A stretch of DNA of 64,000 nucleotides. It comes from Pavona decussata. Its lineage: Eukaryota. Made by a program: the position numbers and the translations under genes. The stretch's first letter is position 1. Each line of letters opens with the position of its first letter. The notes below the pieces were generated by a model, which was not told the DNA's origin, made no database searches, and saw nothing but the letters and a program-made list of their open reading frames with translations. The stretch covers positions 1,426,001-1,490,000 of the forward strand of contig CDRNST010000273.1 of NCBI GenBank assembly GCA_977016875.1. Direction: 5' to 3'. Below are positions 39,031 to 54,300 of the stretch, piece by piece.

Positions 39031-39344
39031 GATTCTATTTTTGCAGTTTATTTTTTATTTTTGGATTTTTCTTTGTAAATTTGGGGGTGCAACTTCAATA
39101 TGGGGATTTGGTTCTCCTTTGTTGTAACCCTTTTGAAGTTTGTTTTTTCTTCTTGTTCAAAAAAGTTGTCATAAAAATCAATCAATCAATCAATCAATCA
39201 GTTAGCCAGTGAGTGAGTCAGACAGGCTGTCAGTCAGTCATCCAGTTAATCATTTAGTCAATCAACCAATCAATCAATTAATCGACAACCTTGGAATCAA
39301 CTACACGTACAAAAAGAATGACCTAAGACGGAGAAGTCAATTAC

Positions 39345-42300
39345 CTTCTTCGGCGAAACATTCGTCCCTGGAATAGGCCCCAAAATCGTAAGTTGTTTCC
39401 CCTTTACCGCATGGTTTGCAGCTAAGCTGTCCTTCCTGGTCCTGATACATGCCTCGAGAACACGAAGTGCAGGTGGAAAATTCTTGGCTGTAGGATGTCC
39501 CTATTGAACAAGCAACTATAAAAAAAAGAAACAAGAACAGAACTTAACCGGCCGTCATTTGAAAAAATTACAAAAGGGTAACAAACGGGAGGTCACTCCA
39601 CGCACACTTTTAAAGTGCGTTCACAAGGCTTTGCCAGCCACCAACGCTCTCCAGCTCTCCAGGTTTTGTTGGATTTGACATAGCATTCGTGTTTTACCTA
39701 CAGAGTCGAAGATTGAGTCATGATAGTTACAATATGTTTGTCTCTTGAGTATGTGGGTGAAGCGTTCAGAGTGTTACTGTATCTAAGCTTTGAAAAGTCT
39801 AACGAAGCTTGTCCACACTTACTCTTATGAGGTATTGGTAAGTACAAGATGTGACTAACAATCGACAAAGACGGACATCAGCGATGGACAAAGAGATCCC
39901 ATCGTTTATTTTTTTCCCTTGGAAAGGTTTTAACACAATGCTCGGATTTAAAATCCTCTGTCAGAGATTTATCCCTCCCAAATCATCGACTGGGTAAGGA
40001 GTTAAATGAATGACATTTTGACGGCGTGCAAAAAAAAAAAAAAAAAAACGTACCACATCCCTTTCCATCAATGCTTGTCACGAACCCTGGATTGCACATG
40101 ATTTCTGATGACAGGTACTTTAACGAAGAACGATCAGCAGTACTATTTACTCCGTGTAAGATGGCTTTAAACTTTCCTGTAGATACTGCGTACTGTATCT
40201 GGAACAGAACAGCTTCACTTTTCTCTTCAATATCGTCTGTTACTTTGGAAGAATCAACTGCTTTCACTGACAATGATAGAAGCACATCCTTTCCTTCGGT
40301 GACAGCGCGCTTCTTCTTTTGACCAGGGGTCCAACCGCATCCGGGAACTTCAACTTCCCTCAGCTTACACGCATTATAGTGAAGGCATCCTGGGATCTGC
40401 GATAGAGTGTCGGTGACAGTTTGCTCGATTGCGGTGCGAAAACTACTGAAATATTGGCCAACTTGACACTGCATTCCACGAAATCCTAAACGGAAGCGAT
40501 GTCTTATTTCTTTAGGCGCTGCCTTGCCTGTGAGAACAAATATTTTCAAAATTATTAAACTACTTTACGTGATATTCTCCCGCTTTTTCTATCCCACTTT
40601 GACATATTAATCCAAGATACCGTTCAGTGTTAGAAAAAACTAGGTCACTTTGCTTGAGGGAAATAGAAATTTCCTTTATTCTACAAGAAAAACCAATACA
40701 GACTGAAATGGATCATCTGATGGGAAATCTTATTTTAGCAATTATTTAAAGCAAGATCCTCTGTGTCATTACTTAGACTTCTCTAAGGGAACCGATTCCA
40801 AGGCAGCTGCGGTCCTTTTATATCGTTGTAATGATGTCACGTCAGAACTGACATGTTTTAACACATTGTCGCTGTTAAAATCTCGGGAAGCGGTTTTAAA
40901 GGACCCAATATTTGCTAGAGTATTTACAAAGTTAATCAAATTTTCGATGTTTGATGTAACCAAAGACACTTTATATGCTACATTCGAAGTCAAACTTCGA
41001 ACGACTGAAACAACGGCATGCTTCTTTGAACGGAAATCAATATTTACTTGAACAGGCAGGAACGTTAAAATATTCCATGTGATTCCATTTCCACCCAGTG
41101 TCTGGACCGCATTCAAATGAAGTCGTTGCCTCTGAATCATATGCGTAACCTTCACTGCATGACATAGTGCAATCCACTCTGCCAGAAAAATGTTTACAAA
41201 ATTTCACTCCATTCTTAGGATCCGACAGCGGCGGGCATTCTGCAAATATAAGATAAAATAATTTAGTTTACAATCAAGTTTCAGGGTGGTGTATGCTTCT
41301 TTATACATGAAACAGTGTTAAGCTCGCGTTTTGATTGGTGAAGCGGGGTATGTTTCGAGCTACGTGCTCGCTTGTTGTTATTAAAGAGCTTACTTTTACA
41401 GCAAACGTCAGATTCACATTTATGTTCTTGAAAAAAAAAAAGATTTCATAGACGAGAATAGAGCAAAATAATTCTGACGTTTGTTGCTAACGCAGAACTA
41501 CTCAATTTTTCCGAGAACTCAAAACAGCGAGCAGAAAATGAAGGGTCATCTCTGCCACCAAAACAAACGGATTAAATTATTCCCCTTGCGGTTACGTTTC
41601 AAGTCACATGTCATTGCTTACCATTGTCTTCTCGACGCATTGCCGAATTTAACATGTTACGCAGAAAGACAACACCGTAGGTTTTTAATTTTATCAGTAA
41701 CTTGGTTCAAACACATGACGCACCACCTTTCGCAACGACTGAGATCATCCTTCACTTCCCTTTAAATTAACACCACAACTCGGAAACACTTTCTTGCATG
41801 CATATTAAAAATATTACCTGCAAGGTTAATGAATATTACTACGCACCCTTACTTACAACTAAAACTTTGTCACATTCGCGACCATCGACAGATACAGTAA
41901 CTTGCTAGATCCCGGTTGCACTTTTGACGACTACGAAGAATACCGAATTTAATACTTGGGATCCACAGGACGCCCAAGTAAAAATCATTTTACTCCGATC
42001 CCGCGCGACAAAACGTTGGATTTTTCCTCTTGAAATGTAACTTTTCGCTCACTAAACGTTGTAAAACGAACGAAAAAAAAATCAGTGATGGTGTAAATGG
42101 CTAGGTGATTTTTTTCAAAAAAAAACTTTGCTGTTTTACGAAGTATTTCTTGCAATGTTAACACGCCGCTTAACGTAATACGTGTTAACTGCCATTAAAG
42201 ACCCCGTTAGGGCAAATGCTAACGCGAGTTTCAAAGTAAAGCCCAAATCTAGAGGTCTCCATTTTCGTTCATTATTGTGAGCCCTTACTCGTGATGACCG

Positions 42301-45300
42301 CCATCCTTGTGTATCCAGTGAATAACAGAAAACGAATAACGTCACGTGGTCTTTTGATTCAGGGGCTGATTCAGCCCTTTCTAATGATGTTTTTGTCCCA
42401 ATTTGGAGAGAAATGGCGTAACAAATGATCATTTCACTCCAATCTCTGAATCATTTCAGTCTTTAAGTACATGACAGCCCTTCAGATTAGCTCTGAAAAC
42501 AGCGCTGTATTGTACTTCTCAAATCGGCCCTAATTCGGGGTTATAATTTTTGGGGTTATAATTTACAGTGTAGTTCATTAATTACCTCCTTTATTGTCAA
42601 TCTTCTTTTCGCAGTTAGTTCCCCAATAACCTTTGTCACAGACGCAGTCATATCGGTTTATTCCATCCACACACTTTCCATTGACACAAGGACTTACGCT
42701 GCACTCATCAATGTCGATGTTACAGTGCGGTCCTGTAAAACCGGCTTGGCAGTTGCAGTAGTATAGGCCATGGGTAGACCAACAGTCAAGAAAATGGGAA
42801 CAATTTCTCGTACACTGGTCGGAAACTACAAACAGGGAATACTGATCAAGACACAAGTAGATTGCAATCGCCGGTACAATACAGCTACATTGATAATAAA
42901 GAGCAAACGATATTTTAATCCAATTTGTCTGGGTTAAGTTTGCGAACCCTCCGCAGCAATGTTACGAAGGTCTTGATCGATCAAAGAATTAAAAAAATTA
43001 ACTTGATAAATGTCAGAAAGAGAATGCCCAGGTTTTAGTGAAAGCTAATGGTAACTTTAAAAACTCGTTTGATTCTATATATAGCGTACTAAGTACTCAA
43101 ACATTTATCAGACGTGTGTTCCTCCAAGGTTGACAACTGAAGACAACACCTCAGTTTCTCGCCGTTGTTAAATATATTAATTTTTCAACTGAATCTTTTC
43201 ATCACTTGATCAAACAAACTATCTCTCGTCTAAATTCGATTACCTGAAATACTAAGGAAAGGCCCATACCAGTTTTTCCTAATAGTATCAATCCGCTACG
43301 ATTACGATATTAATAATAACAAACTTCTATTAACGATGCCTACGTCACAAGAAGTGGCTTACAAAAGGTCCTCAAAACGTCATCGTCCATGATTTGTTTG
43401 TGATGTCATTACTCAAGGTTAGTGCTCATGCTTAAGCTACGTACAAACAAGTGGAGAAGGGGTAAGCTTCTTGACTACAGTACTCCGTTCGAGTACAGTT
43501 CTTGGGAACATAAGAGTTAGGTTTCTCACCGACGTGAGGAGAATCGAGAGTTATCGAAACAACCGATATTTGTCGAGAGGATCTATTTCTCAGTAACGAT
43601 AACAGCGAATACTTAGTATGGATGTCTGCCATCTGCTACCGCATACCTTTACATTGTGTTATGAATCGTTTTTCCACGTTCCCTTTGATCCCAAAAAGAA
43701 AACTTGTCCATCCTCGCGTAGTTCCGGCTACAGGCCAGGTACAGTTATGCGCCGCCATCCACATGTGGTCGGGAGTGCCTGGTACATTCCAAAAGTTCAC
43801 TTGATGCAATGTGCCAACAAAAGCTGTAGAGAGAAGCGAACTGTTCTGTCCCGCGAGGTACCGCTGACCGAGGACAATCCATCCTCCACCACTAATAGTA
43901 TCACTTGTGAGTACATTCACCTTCTTTCCAATTTCCGGTCCATCGATGTATACGGATACAGTTCCAGTGATTCCATTCCACACGACTCCCACGTAATGCC
44001 AGTGATCGTCTGCCAATTCAAAATTAACTCTAACAGTTTCATTTTTAATCTTGATCTCAACTTGTGACTCTGTATAAGAGAGTATTATTGTGTTGTTAGG
44101 CTCGTTGGGAACGCTGTAACTGAAGAGAGTTCCTGATTTGTACTTCGAGTCAGCTCGGACAAACATGACAACGGTAAAGGATCTCATAGTAGGAATGCTT
44201 TCGCCGTCTGATATTATAACCATGTCACTGGAATTCTGGCGCTTGAATATCAAGTCAAAGTTGGTGCCGAGAACTGCAACAAAAATGAAAATCATCAGTC
44301 AGATCATCTTATTTTGTTTGCTATTATTGTGTGTAAACATGTTGAGCAAAAATTTCTGTTAGTTTCTCACGGTACAACAGCAATGAATAAACACAGTATG
44401 TTTCCTCAAAAGCTGAAATTTATTATGGGGTGGTAGAGACGAATGGTTGTTATCACACGATTTGCTCTGAAGAAGGGCAGACGTTCGAAGCGTCACCTTA
44501 CCAAATCTGTTGATATAACTAAACGTTTTGACCTATTATTACAATATTTAAGGACGGTGCCTACTGTTACTGCGCATACGTTGTGCGCATCGCGAGATAC
44601 TCGGGTTTCCTATGGGTGGTGCCTACTAATACAGGAATATTTTTGGGCGGTTTAAAACTATACGGAGAAAGCAGAACTCACCAAATGCTGTTGGTATCTC
44701 AAAAAAAAATTGGGGGTAACCATGCTTTATATTTTGGCGTTTTTTAGAGATATTAATGTTTAATTATCTCTGAAAAATGCGTGGTTACCCCCGATTTTCT
44801 TTTTGGATTCCAATAGCCCTTGCAAAGATCTACTTTTCCCGCAAAGTCATAAGCCACACAAAAATACTTCGGTATTAGTAGGCACCGTCCTTAAAACAAT
44901 ATTTTTGGCCCTTGACTCTAACGCTTTCCTTAAACACATTACTACTACATTCAAGTCGTTTTCTTATGAAGGATTCAAATGAAGCTACTTACAGATGTCA
45001 CAGTGATCTCCAGTGTAAGTTGGATAACACTTACATTCATAGCCATTAACCAGATCATTGCAATAAGAGTTAGGCATACAGGGGTCTGATGCGCAATCAT
45101 CTATGTTCACATCACAGGTTTTACCTGTAAAACCTATTTTACATAAACAGGTAAAGTTTCGTGTTGTGTTGTCAGCGAGACACGTTCCTCCGTTTTCGCA
45201 AGGAGAAGGAACACAAATGTCTCTCATATTTTCGCAGTTTTCTCCTGTGTAGTGATCGAGGCAACCGCATCTGTACCCAGGTGTAAGATCTACGCAGGTC

Positions 45301-48300
45301 CCATTATTTTTGCACGGGTCTGACTCACACTCGTTGATCTCCGTTTGGCAATATGTCCCATTGTATCCGTCTGCACATAGACAGGAGTAACCAAGTGTGT
45401 GGTCAATACACGTGGCATTATTCTGACAGGAGTTGTCAACGCAGTCGTCAATGTTCAGCTCACAGGACCTCCCTGTAAACCCCGCGGTACAGGAACAAGT
45501 AAAGCTGTTGATCGCATCATGGCAAGTACCATTGTTGAAGCAAGGTTCGACGGAGCATTCATCTAATTCAAACTCGCAGTACTTTCCGAAGTAGCCACTG
45601 CTACAGCTACAACGGAAACCTTCAAGTAAGTTTTCGCAAACGCCATTCTGGCTGCATTTTACATCTTTACAGTAATCGATACGATTCTCGCAATGGACGC
45701 CAGTGTACCCGCTAGGGCACCAACAAGTGTAATCTGCAACCAGATCTGTGCATGTTCCGTTGTTTGCACATGGCTTGGATTGACAGTCGTCAATATTAAC
45801 TTCGCATCGCTGACCAGTAAACCCATTTTGACAGCCACAATAGAACCCATTAACCTGTAGAGTTAAAATCACGAATAGAAAACAATAGGTTGACACTTCT
45901 AAACGCTCACTTAATTGGTCAGCAGTCATTCTAAAACTGACAATTATGAAGGCAACTTAGTGAGTGTTAAACCGGTTAAACGTTTAAGACTATTGCATTA
46001 TCCTTTCATTAAAGGTCACTGAAATCCGCATATGAGACCTGGTACTTGTTGCAGTGCTAAAATATTAAGCCTAAAACTTTTTCCTCGAAGGAGAAACGAT
46101 ACAGGTGCATGGTTGAACTATATCAGTATTAAAGGATTATTTATTAATTCTGCCTTGAGACAAGTTAGTCTCAGTGAAGGATGAATATCACATGTACACC
46201 TATAAGATTATATGGCTAGAATGAATAAATATAGATGCATGAACATATATTTGAACTTAGGTTGACAGATGAAATAGAAGAAAGACCCAGTTTATAGAAA
46301 GACGAAATTACTTCATCATAACAGGTTCCTCCAAATAAGCACGGGAAAGATTCACAGTCATCTACTTCATCCTCGCAGTGTTTTCCTAAATACCCTGGTG
46401 GACAGATACAAGTGTAACTGTTTATTCCATCTTTGCACTTGGCACCATTAACACACGAATGCACCAAGCAGTCGTCAATGTCAAATTCACAGTGCTTCCC
46501 AATGAATCCATCAACGCAGGCGCAAGTATAACTGTTGACTTGAGCAAAACATGTGCCATTATTCTGACATGGAGAACTCGAGCATTCATTGATTTTAACG
46601 CTACAATTGCGTCCCGTATAGCCACTCTGACAAGTACAGTGGAAATCATTTGTCATATCAGTACAGGTTCCTTCGTTTAAGCAAGGATTCTGCGCACACT
46701 CATCAATATTAATTTCACAGTTGAAGCCTGTGAATCCTGGTGAACAGAGGCATGCAGATTCATCAATGCCGTCAATGCATGTGCCACCATTGGAACATCT
46801 TACATTTTTGCAGTCGTCGATGTTGTGCAGACATTGATCTCCATGGAAACCATCAGGGCACTGACAAGTAAAAGACGTCACACTGTCAAAGCAGGATGCG
46901 TTATTTAAACATGGCATCGAGGCGCAATAATCCATGTCTAAACTGCAGGTATTACCCGTGAATCCCGGAGGGCACACACATGTAAACTTGTTGACACTAT
47001 CATGACAGGAACCGTTATTCGAACAAGGACTGGAAGCGCAGTCGTCGATGTTGTTTTCGCAATGGAGGCCATCAAATCCTTCTTGGCATTCACAGGAGTA
47101 ACCATTAATTCTGTCCTTGCACCTGACAAAAAAATGTAGTAAAAGTTTTCACCTGTCAATTAAGCAGCTACTGTTATTTTAGACGTAATTGTCCGAGTAG
47201 GGTCTTGGCCCAGAGGCCAAAATCCAAGGAGGCATCTTGGAGTCCCCGTGTAATGCTACTTACAGTTGAAATATACAGTTTGTGTATTTACACTTGAAGT
47301 ATACAGTTCTTAAACCGGATGAAATCTTGATTTTGTCTAAACAAGGCGCGCACGGAATAAATAGTAATGATGACGTAGCAACGAGCAAATGTCCGAACGG
47401 AATAATTGGGTAATGATGACGTATCATCTTCACAGGGTAATGGAAAAATACACATAGGGGGTATCCGAGCTATAAGACCGCATTATTACCCGCTTGTAAA
47501 GCAGGGACCAATTTAGTGCTTGTCATTTTACGCCCCTGAAACGTCGAGAGAAAAGGCCGAATTCTGGGAATTTAAGGCGGAGAAATCATCCTTCGAGGAC
47601 GTCCAAAGGACTATTCGATGGCTTAAAATGAGAAATTCGGAGAGTTTATAAAAGCAAAGTGAAGAGGGATTATTCGAATAACAGACTTTTTATCGGAAAT
47701 GCTGACTCGAGCGCTTCTTTGAACGAATAAAGTAACTTATAAATTCTTGACTGTGAATTTGCACTGAAATATTTTTTGATTAAAATTAATTGGTTCTTTG
47801 TTTTCCTTACAGCTCTCCTAACAACTTTCCTGACAGTTTTTGTAACAGCGAGATTTTTGAGAAACTTGAGCATTCTGGTAAGTCAATGCCCCTCAAAATG
47901 ACTCCACACTGAATAGATTTGTTCACGGGCTCCGTTCGCTGGTACCGAGTTGCTTTTCTCAAGGCGAATATAGAACGCGTTTGGTTTTCAGAAGTAAACA
48001 AAGGCATATCTGAACATTTTTAGTTTTAGAACCTTTATTCTCTCTTTCTGCGTATTTTCATCCAGGAAAGTTCGTAAACAATCATTAAATTTAGAATGAA
48101 CACATTGATCTGACGCTAACAAACCCAAATCCTCTGTTAAGATTTAATTTTTAAAACTAGTGCGGTGACATGAAAAAACAGCATAAATTAAGATTTTAAA
48201 TTGTCGACTCAGTAAGCAATGGTTTGTTTTCTGAAAAGAAAATTAGGCATCATCAATATTTCTCACCAGGTAAGTGTTATTTTTTCAAGCCGATTGCTAA

Positions 48301-51300
48301 GTCGGGGAAGAAATAATTAGGAAAACATTGCTCTGAATCTTTGTCTTTTTGCGCGCTTATTACTTCCCAGATCTTATTCAGTTGATTTCAAAGATTGCCT
48401 ATTTACAGCGTGAATGACCTATCCAGTTGGGGGTAAGGGTGGGAAATTCCACCACATCATTTTAAGAAACGCGCAGGAAAGGTCGCAGATAAGTGATTTA
48501 TACCAGATTAGTCTTCAACAGCGGGGACTGTTGTATTGTAAACTATTTCTAGTTTTATCTTAATTATATTTGTTGACGTAGATATTATGTCATGCTTTTT
48601 CAGATCACCCAAGAGGGGTCTGGGATAAATCGGATCCATTTGTAGCGCACTTCAAGATCACTCAGGCTATGACAGTGAGTAGTGGAGAGTACAGAGTACA
48701 TCCCAAGATGTTTGCTGAGAGGTCCACAACATCGCCTTATGCGCGGAATAACGTCATAACTTCCAAACGATGGTCGTCTTGGATTTCTTTATTTTTAAGA
48801 AATGTTTCCAATATTAAGATCCAAAATTGATGAGATGTCTTAACTGAATAGAACAAGTAACGAGAAAGGAAAATTCAAAAGCTTTAAAATCTGCACGTCA
48901 AAATATCGTTGCCCTAGTAGATCAAATTTTTGTGAACAATAACATGTCATACCCAACTCCAACCAGAAAACGTTCTCCACTTATTCTGGAATTTTCTAAA
49001 GACTAGCTCCTTTTGGAACGATCTAATTGCGTGGCTCTCCCTTTGCAGTGCTATATAAAAAGATTTTAATATTAACCGGGCCTTGCAGCCGCACAAGGAT
49101 CAAGACCGGTTTTTCCAAATGACTCATAAATCTCTGTCTTCTAATTACAAAAAAATTTCATCTCGTAATGTAAACTCAATCAACACCTTTCAACCAGAGA
49201 GGATCTTGCTTTTAAACCAGTTATAAAAATAGGTCTCGAAAAAGTACATATTTTTGTCTGAAGTAGGCTCAGGGCTTGGAAAAATAAGCAGCACACCCTC
49301 CCAAAAAAATTCCGAGAAGTACCCCACCCCCTGCTGGGCTTTGGCTACTGATGGACAAGATGGAAAGGATTGTAACTTGAAGAAATTGTTGTCTTCTGTC
49401 TCAAGAAATTGATAAGCTGTAAAGACTGATCATGATCTGTTTTCTCTTTAAGAAAAAAACTTTGTAGCACACACTCGATGTCATAGGAGCATTTCGTGCA
49501 TGAGGAACGTTCCTTACTAAGATTTAACTTATAAAGAACGGGTTATAGTTTCCAAAGGAAACTGTGGCGCTACGTCTGTGGGATGGTTTGTGATTAGAGT
49601 ATAGACGCACGAATGACATCATCGAGTGGTGTAACCGGCGCAAGTGATCATAGTCTAGATTTCAACCAGAGTGATTGGTCAACAAAGTTTGCAAACTGTT
49701 TTGGTGAATAGCCCTAGGTCTGTACTCTAACTCACAGAGGATGACAAAACGCGGTAAGAACACCAGTCATGCTACTACCAGTTGTACTTCTTTGTTCTCA
49801 CCACATTTTGACGTCTTCTGTGCGTTATCAGAGTACAGACGTGACGCACGGCAAAATGGAATCTATTCGTTAACTTGAACACATTTTTGACCCCAAAATG
49901 TAGGGAATGGTCATAGCGCAGCCCCTTAAGCACTTTTGACGTTGGGGTAATTATCACATGATGTATAGTGTCAAGTGTTTCTCTACGGACACCGTCATAA
50001 CACGAAAACCTCTTTAGATATAGGTGCAGTCCATAATAATTGGTCCTGCTGACAAACAAAAGTAATCTCATTTGCTGCCTTTCCTATCTGAACAGGTTCA
50101 TAATACTAATTAGGGACAAGTTGATGTATCGGTATCGTAAACCGCTCATACATATTATTACAAGACTATAAACTAAATTCGATTTTTCTTAACAACAACA
50201 ACAACAACAATTTATTTATTTACAGATTCAGATTATATAAAGGGCTTGTCCCGCAAATTTTGAGACGACATTACGATTTTGAGACGACATTACGGCTTTA
50301 TAATGACGGCTAGTTGGGAAAAAATATAAATTCCGTATTGGGCGGAGTCGCGAAGCTGTAAAGACTGTAAAGACTGATCATGACCTGAACCATGAAAGAC
50401 AACGCAGTAGAGCTCTTGAAGCACTTTTTTCTAGAGATAAGAGACACCAGAAAAGGAACTTTTAGCGAAGAATATGAGCCAGCAACGTTGACAGCCTACC
50501 GAAAAGGTTTGAGAAGGTATTTTCTGGAGAGGCGCGAAGGTGAAAATTTCGACATATCAGTTGGCGATGGTACTAATTTAAACAAATTACTTTGAGCAAA
50601 GCGAAAATATCTCAATGCGACTGAAAAGGGGAGTAGTCCAAATAAATCAGATCCTTTTGTTTTGAAAATGCCATAATTAATTGAAATTTAAGCTCATTGT
50701 TATTTACCGTGGCCGTTTTCACACTCAAGAAAAAGTCTTTTACTAAATTTTTCTTCATCGAATTTATAATCACCTTTTTTTGCTTACCTTCAAGAAAAAA
50801 GTTGTTTCCGCTCTACATGGTACGTGTTCACCACAAAAAAATATTAGTAGTATTCCTTGAATAGTGTCAGAAGCTTTGTAAACTCAAATGAAAAGAAATA
50901 AACAACACCATCCAACGTCGCATGTTCATTCACAGAGGTAAAATTTTGATCTGTGCGCGCCGAACCCATTTAAGTGCCGTGCTTCCATGCTTACATGACA
51001 GTTTTTGAGCCAATCAGAAACCGTCATTTTGAGACGACATTATCGCAAAATAACGTCGTCTCAGCGCAATAAGAAGACACGGATCACGGATCAAGGTAAG
51101 GATCACGATAAATATTATTATAAAATGTTTTTTGTTTATGTATAATAAAAAAATAAGTACGTACTAGATAATCACACCGATTGGAAAATAAACAAACCTG
51201 GCCTGGTTCATACACGGATTGGAGACGCATTCATCAATGTCCATCTCACAGGCTTTTCCTGAGAATCCTTCCTGGCAAATGCAATAAAATCCGTTGACTT

Positions 51301-54300
51301 GGTCAATGCAAGTAGCATTGTGTTTGCACTCCGCATTTACACATTCATCAATATTGTGTTCGCAATTTGGCCCTGTAAAACCAGCAAGGCAGATGCAGTG
51401 ATAACCAGCAATTCCATCCATGCATTTAGCTCCATTCTGACAAGGGTTAGATGCACAGTCATCGATGTTCTCTTCACAGTCATCCCCTTGATAGCCTGCA
51501 ACGCAACATATGCTGTTATTTCGTTCCGATAGACATTTGAGTCAGATGCGTTGATACTTTAAGGTAAATTTCAACGTTTATTTGTACAGCAATCTCTTAT
51601 TTACACATTTACATAAAGGCAATTTAATATCGCGAATGATGTTGGTCATCGTGGTTTGAAATGAAAGCTCAAAATTAATCGATTTTCACACGATTGTGTT
51701 TCACGCTACGCAGCTGGTATCCTTCATGTAATGGTGTCGACTCAATGGTGTTAGGCAACTCCCCTCTACCATGCTAGTAAATCTTTTGAAACAGCCTGTG
51801 TGCAATCCACCGTACAGAAAAAGATGGCGGCTGTACATTTTAGTATAATACCTTGTAAACCTAAACACAGCCAATAGGCACATAGAAAGCCATATTTTTT
51901 TTGGCGTAATTCGACTTTGTACTAACGACATTGTGTATGCTTGGTTGAAGCATAGTTAATTGAGGGACTGGTTATGAAACTTTGCCATGAAAACAATGGT
52001 GCTGCAGTTTATGTTGGAAGGGCCGCGACCGTGCACAATCCTTTGTTTTAACGTTCACACCACAGTTGAATATCTTAGCAGGAACGTTTCTATTGGTCAG
52101 TTGTTCCAACACATTTCAAAATCTATTGTAGTTTGTGCACGGTCAAGGCCAAAAACGCTAACAAAAACATATAACAAAGGAGTTTGTCAAGCTTCATAAC
52201 CATTGCCTTTTATTAACTATGGTTGAAGCTTTTAGAACTTTTCTGTGCGTTTTTTTTTTTTTAGAGTTTTTAGTGTTTTCGTACGGTAAGAATTATGGGT
52301 AAATGTACCAGTCGCCATCTTCTTTGCACAAAATTGAAATAACTAATAACTAAATAATAATAATAATAATAAAAAATTAATAGGCAAAAGTAGAAACAAA
52401 AATAATTAATATCTTAATGTCGCTTGAGAAACGCGATTTATGGGTGCTATTGTGGTATCCCTTTTTTGTTGTGCGATTTCCACGATAGAATAATATTTTA
52501 CAGCATGATTTGCACTTCGATTCGTGCAGATAAAAATCTCGTGAATTTGCATATATTGTTGTTGGAATTCGCGAGGCGGGAAACTGGGTCAGGTCAGGTT
52601 ACAAAAATTTAAAATAACATTCAGAATTGTAATGACGGTGCATCATTCTTGTTTAAATTGCGAAGCGAACAGCTCTAAACGTCTGAGCTTTCAGGAGTTA
52701 ATGTTTCGAATCCCGCCACGTTAATGAACTGATGTAAATAATAATTTGTTTGCTAAATGTAATTTCAGTTGACTCCGATTGTACGGCTGACGCTTCCCCG
52801 ACACACCGTTGAAGGAAGAAAGCTACAAATCTAGGGCAAATAAAATATAAATTCTGCAAATCCCTGGCCGGCTAATCTTAAAAGAAGTAACGCCTTTACG
52901 CATAGGCGCGAATCACAGCAAACGTACTAACTGTTGCTAACCTGCTGCGCAACGGCATTCATAATTATTTATTCCATCTTTGCAAGTCGCTCCGTTTTGA
53001 CACGGAGATACCAAGCATTCATCAATTTCCGTATCGCACAACCTTCCAGTGTATCCTGGTTCGCATTGGCAGTTATACCCTCCTGGAACATTGTTACACA
53101 AGGCATTGCTGGAACACGGTGATGAAACACACTCGTCAACATCATCTTCACAGTTAAATCCTTGGTAACCTTGTGTGCATGTGCAGGTATAATTATTTAC
53201 CAGATCATGACATGTACCACCGCTCAAACAAGGTTGGTCCTGACAGTCATCAATGTTGATTTCGCATTGTTTACCAGTGTAGCCAGGTTGGCAAGTGCAC
53301 AAGAAGTCATCAATGAGGTCAATACAAGCAAAGTTGTCTTTACAGGGGTTAGACTCGCACTTGCTTATTTCTGAGAAAAAAAAAAAACAAGGAAGAGAAC
53401 GTTAAGTTTTACTACAACTAACGCCCTTCTTGAGATTTACTGGAAAGAATGGAACACTTGGGAATGACACTTCCTTACTGAAATCATTTTCCTCGGTGAG
53501 ATTGCGAATTTTCCATTAGAAACCGTAAATTCTTTGTCATCTGATCACAGGTTCATTCTTTACATAATTTGATAATACTACCTAAGGTTAGCTGCATGTC
53601 TGAAAGGATATGACAATCATGCAAATTGATCTCATCACTGTGTTACAACTAATTTCAGGTAGAAAAGATTAAGACTGCTTTTTACCACTGAAAAGGCTGA
53701 CTGGTGCGCGGGAAGATCCCAGGCTCATCAGGTAAATTACTCTCTACTTCTAGCCAGTGTATGCCTTCCTTAGTTACCTTTACAATCCTGTAAGCTCTTC
53801 GAGCCAGGTTGATCCGTCACGGTTGTTCCTGGGCATGAGATACAGGCGCGACTTTCGTTGTGGGGTTGAAAGGAGCATTCGCTGCACAGCGAGCATGGAG
53901 CCAATCCAGTAGGAGAAAACGAGCCAGCGGGACAGGGGACTAGGGTCAAATTCAAAAGGTTCCCGTGAGCCAACTTGTGAATGTAGAGGTGAATAGTGGT
54001 AACCGTAAAGCAGTGCTCGCATCAAACTACGCTACAAGGATTCGTGGACGCCCTGCCGCATTACGTGAATGCATTATCTATAAAATTATTTGCTTAAAGC
54101 GCAAAACAATTAAATTACACACGCACTATGACTCCTTTCGATACTCGAAGCAACGCAAAGCTGGAAGTGTACGTTCTTCAGGTCAGTGGTTTTACATGGT
54201 CACCAATCGACAAAAGAAGCTTCCAGTTTTTCTTCTAAGAACCTCCGTATCTTGTTTTGCCAGCGTCGTGTTCTTGCCGCATGGAATTTGATACATGTGA

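Noticed and set aside
47180-49900. Repeat-like intronic sequence with short ORFs
   Set aside because: Probably decayed TE material, but I could not define termini or protein motifs.
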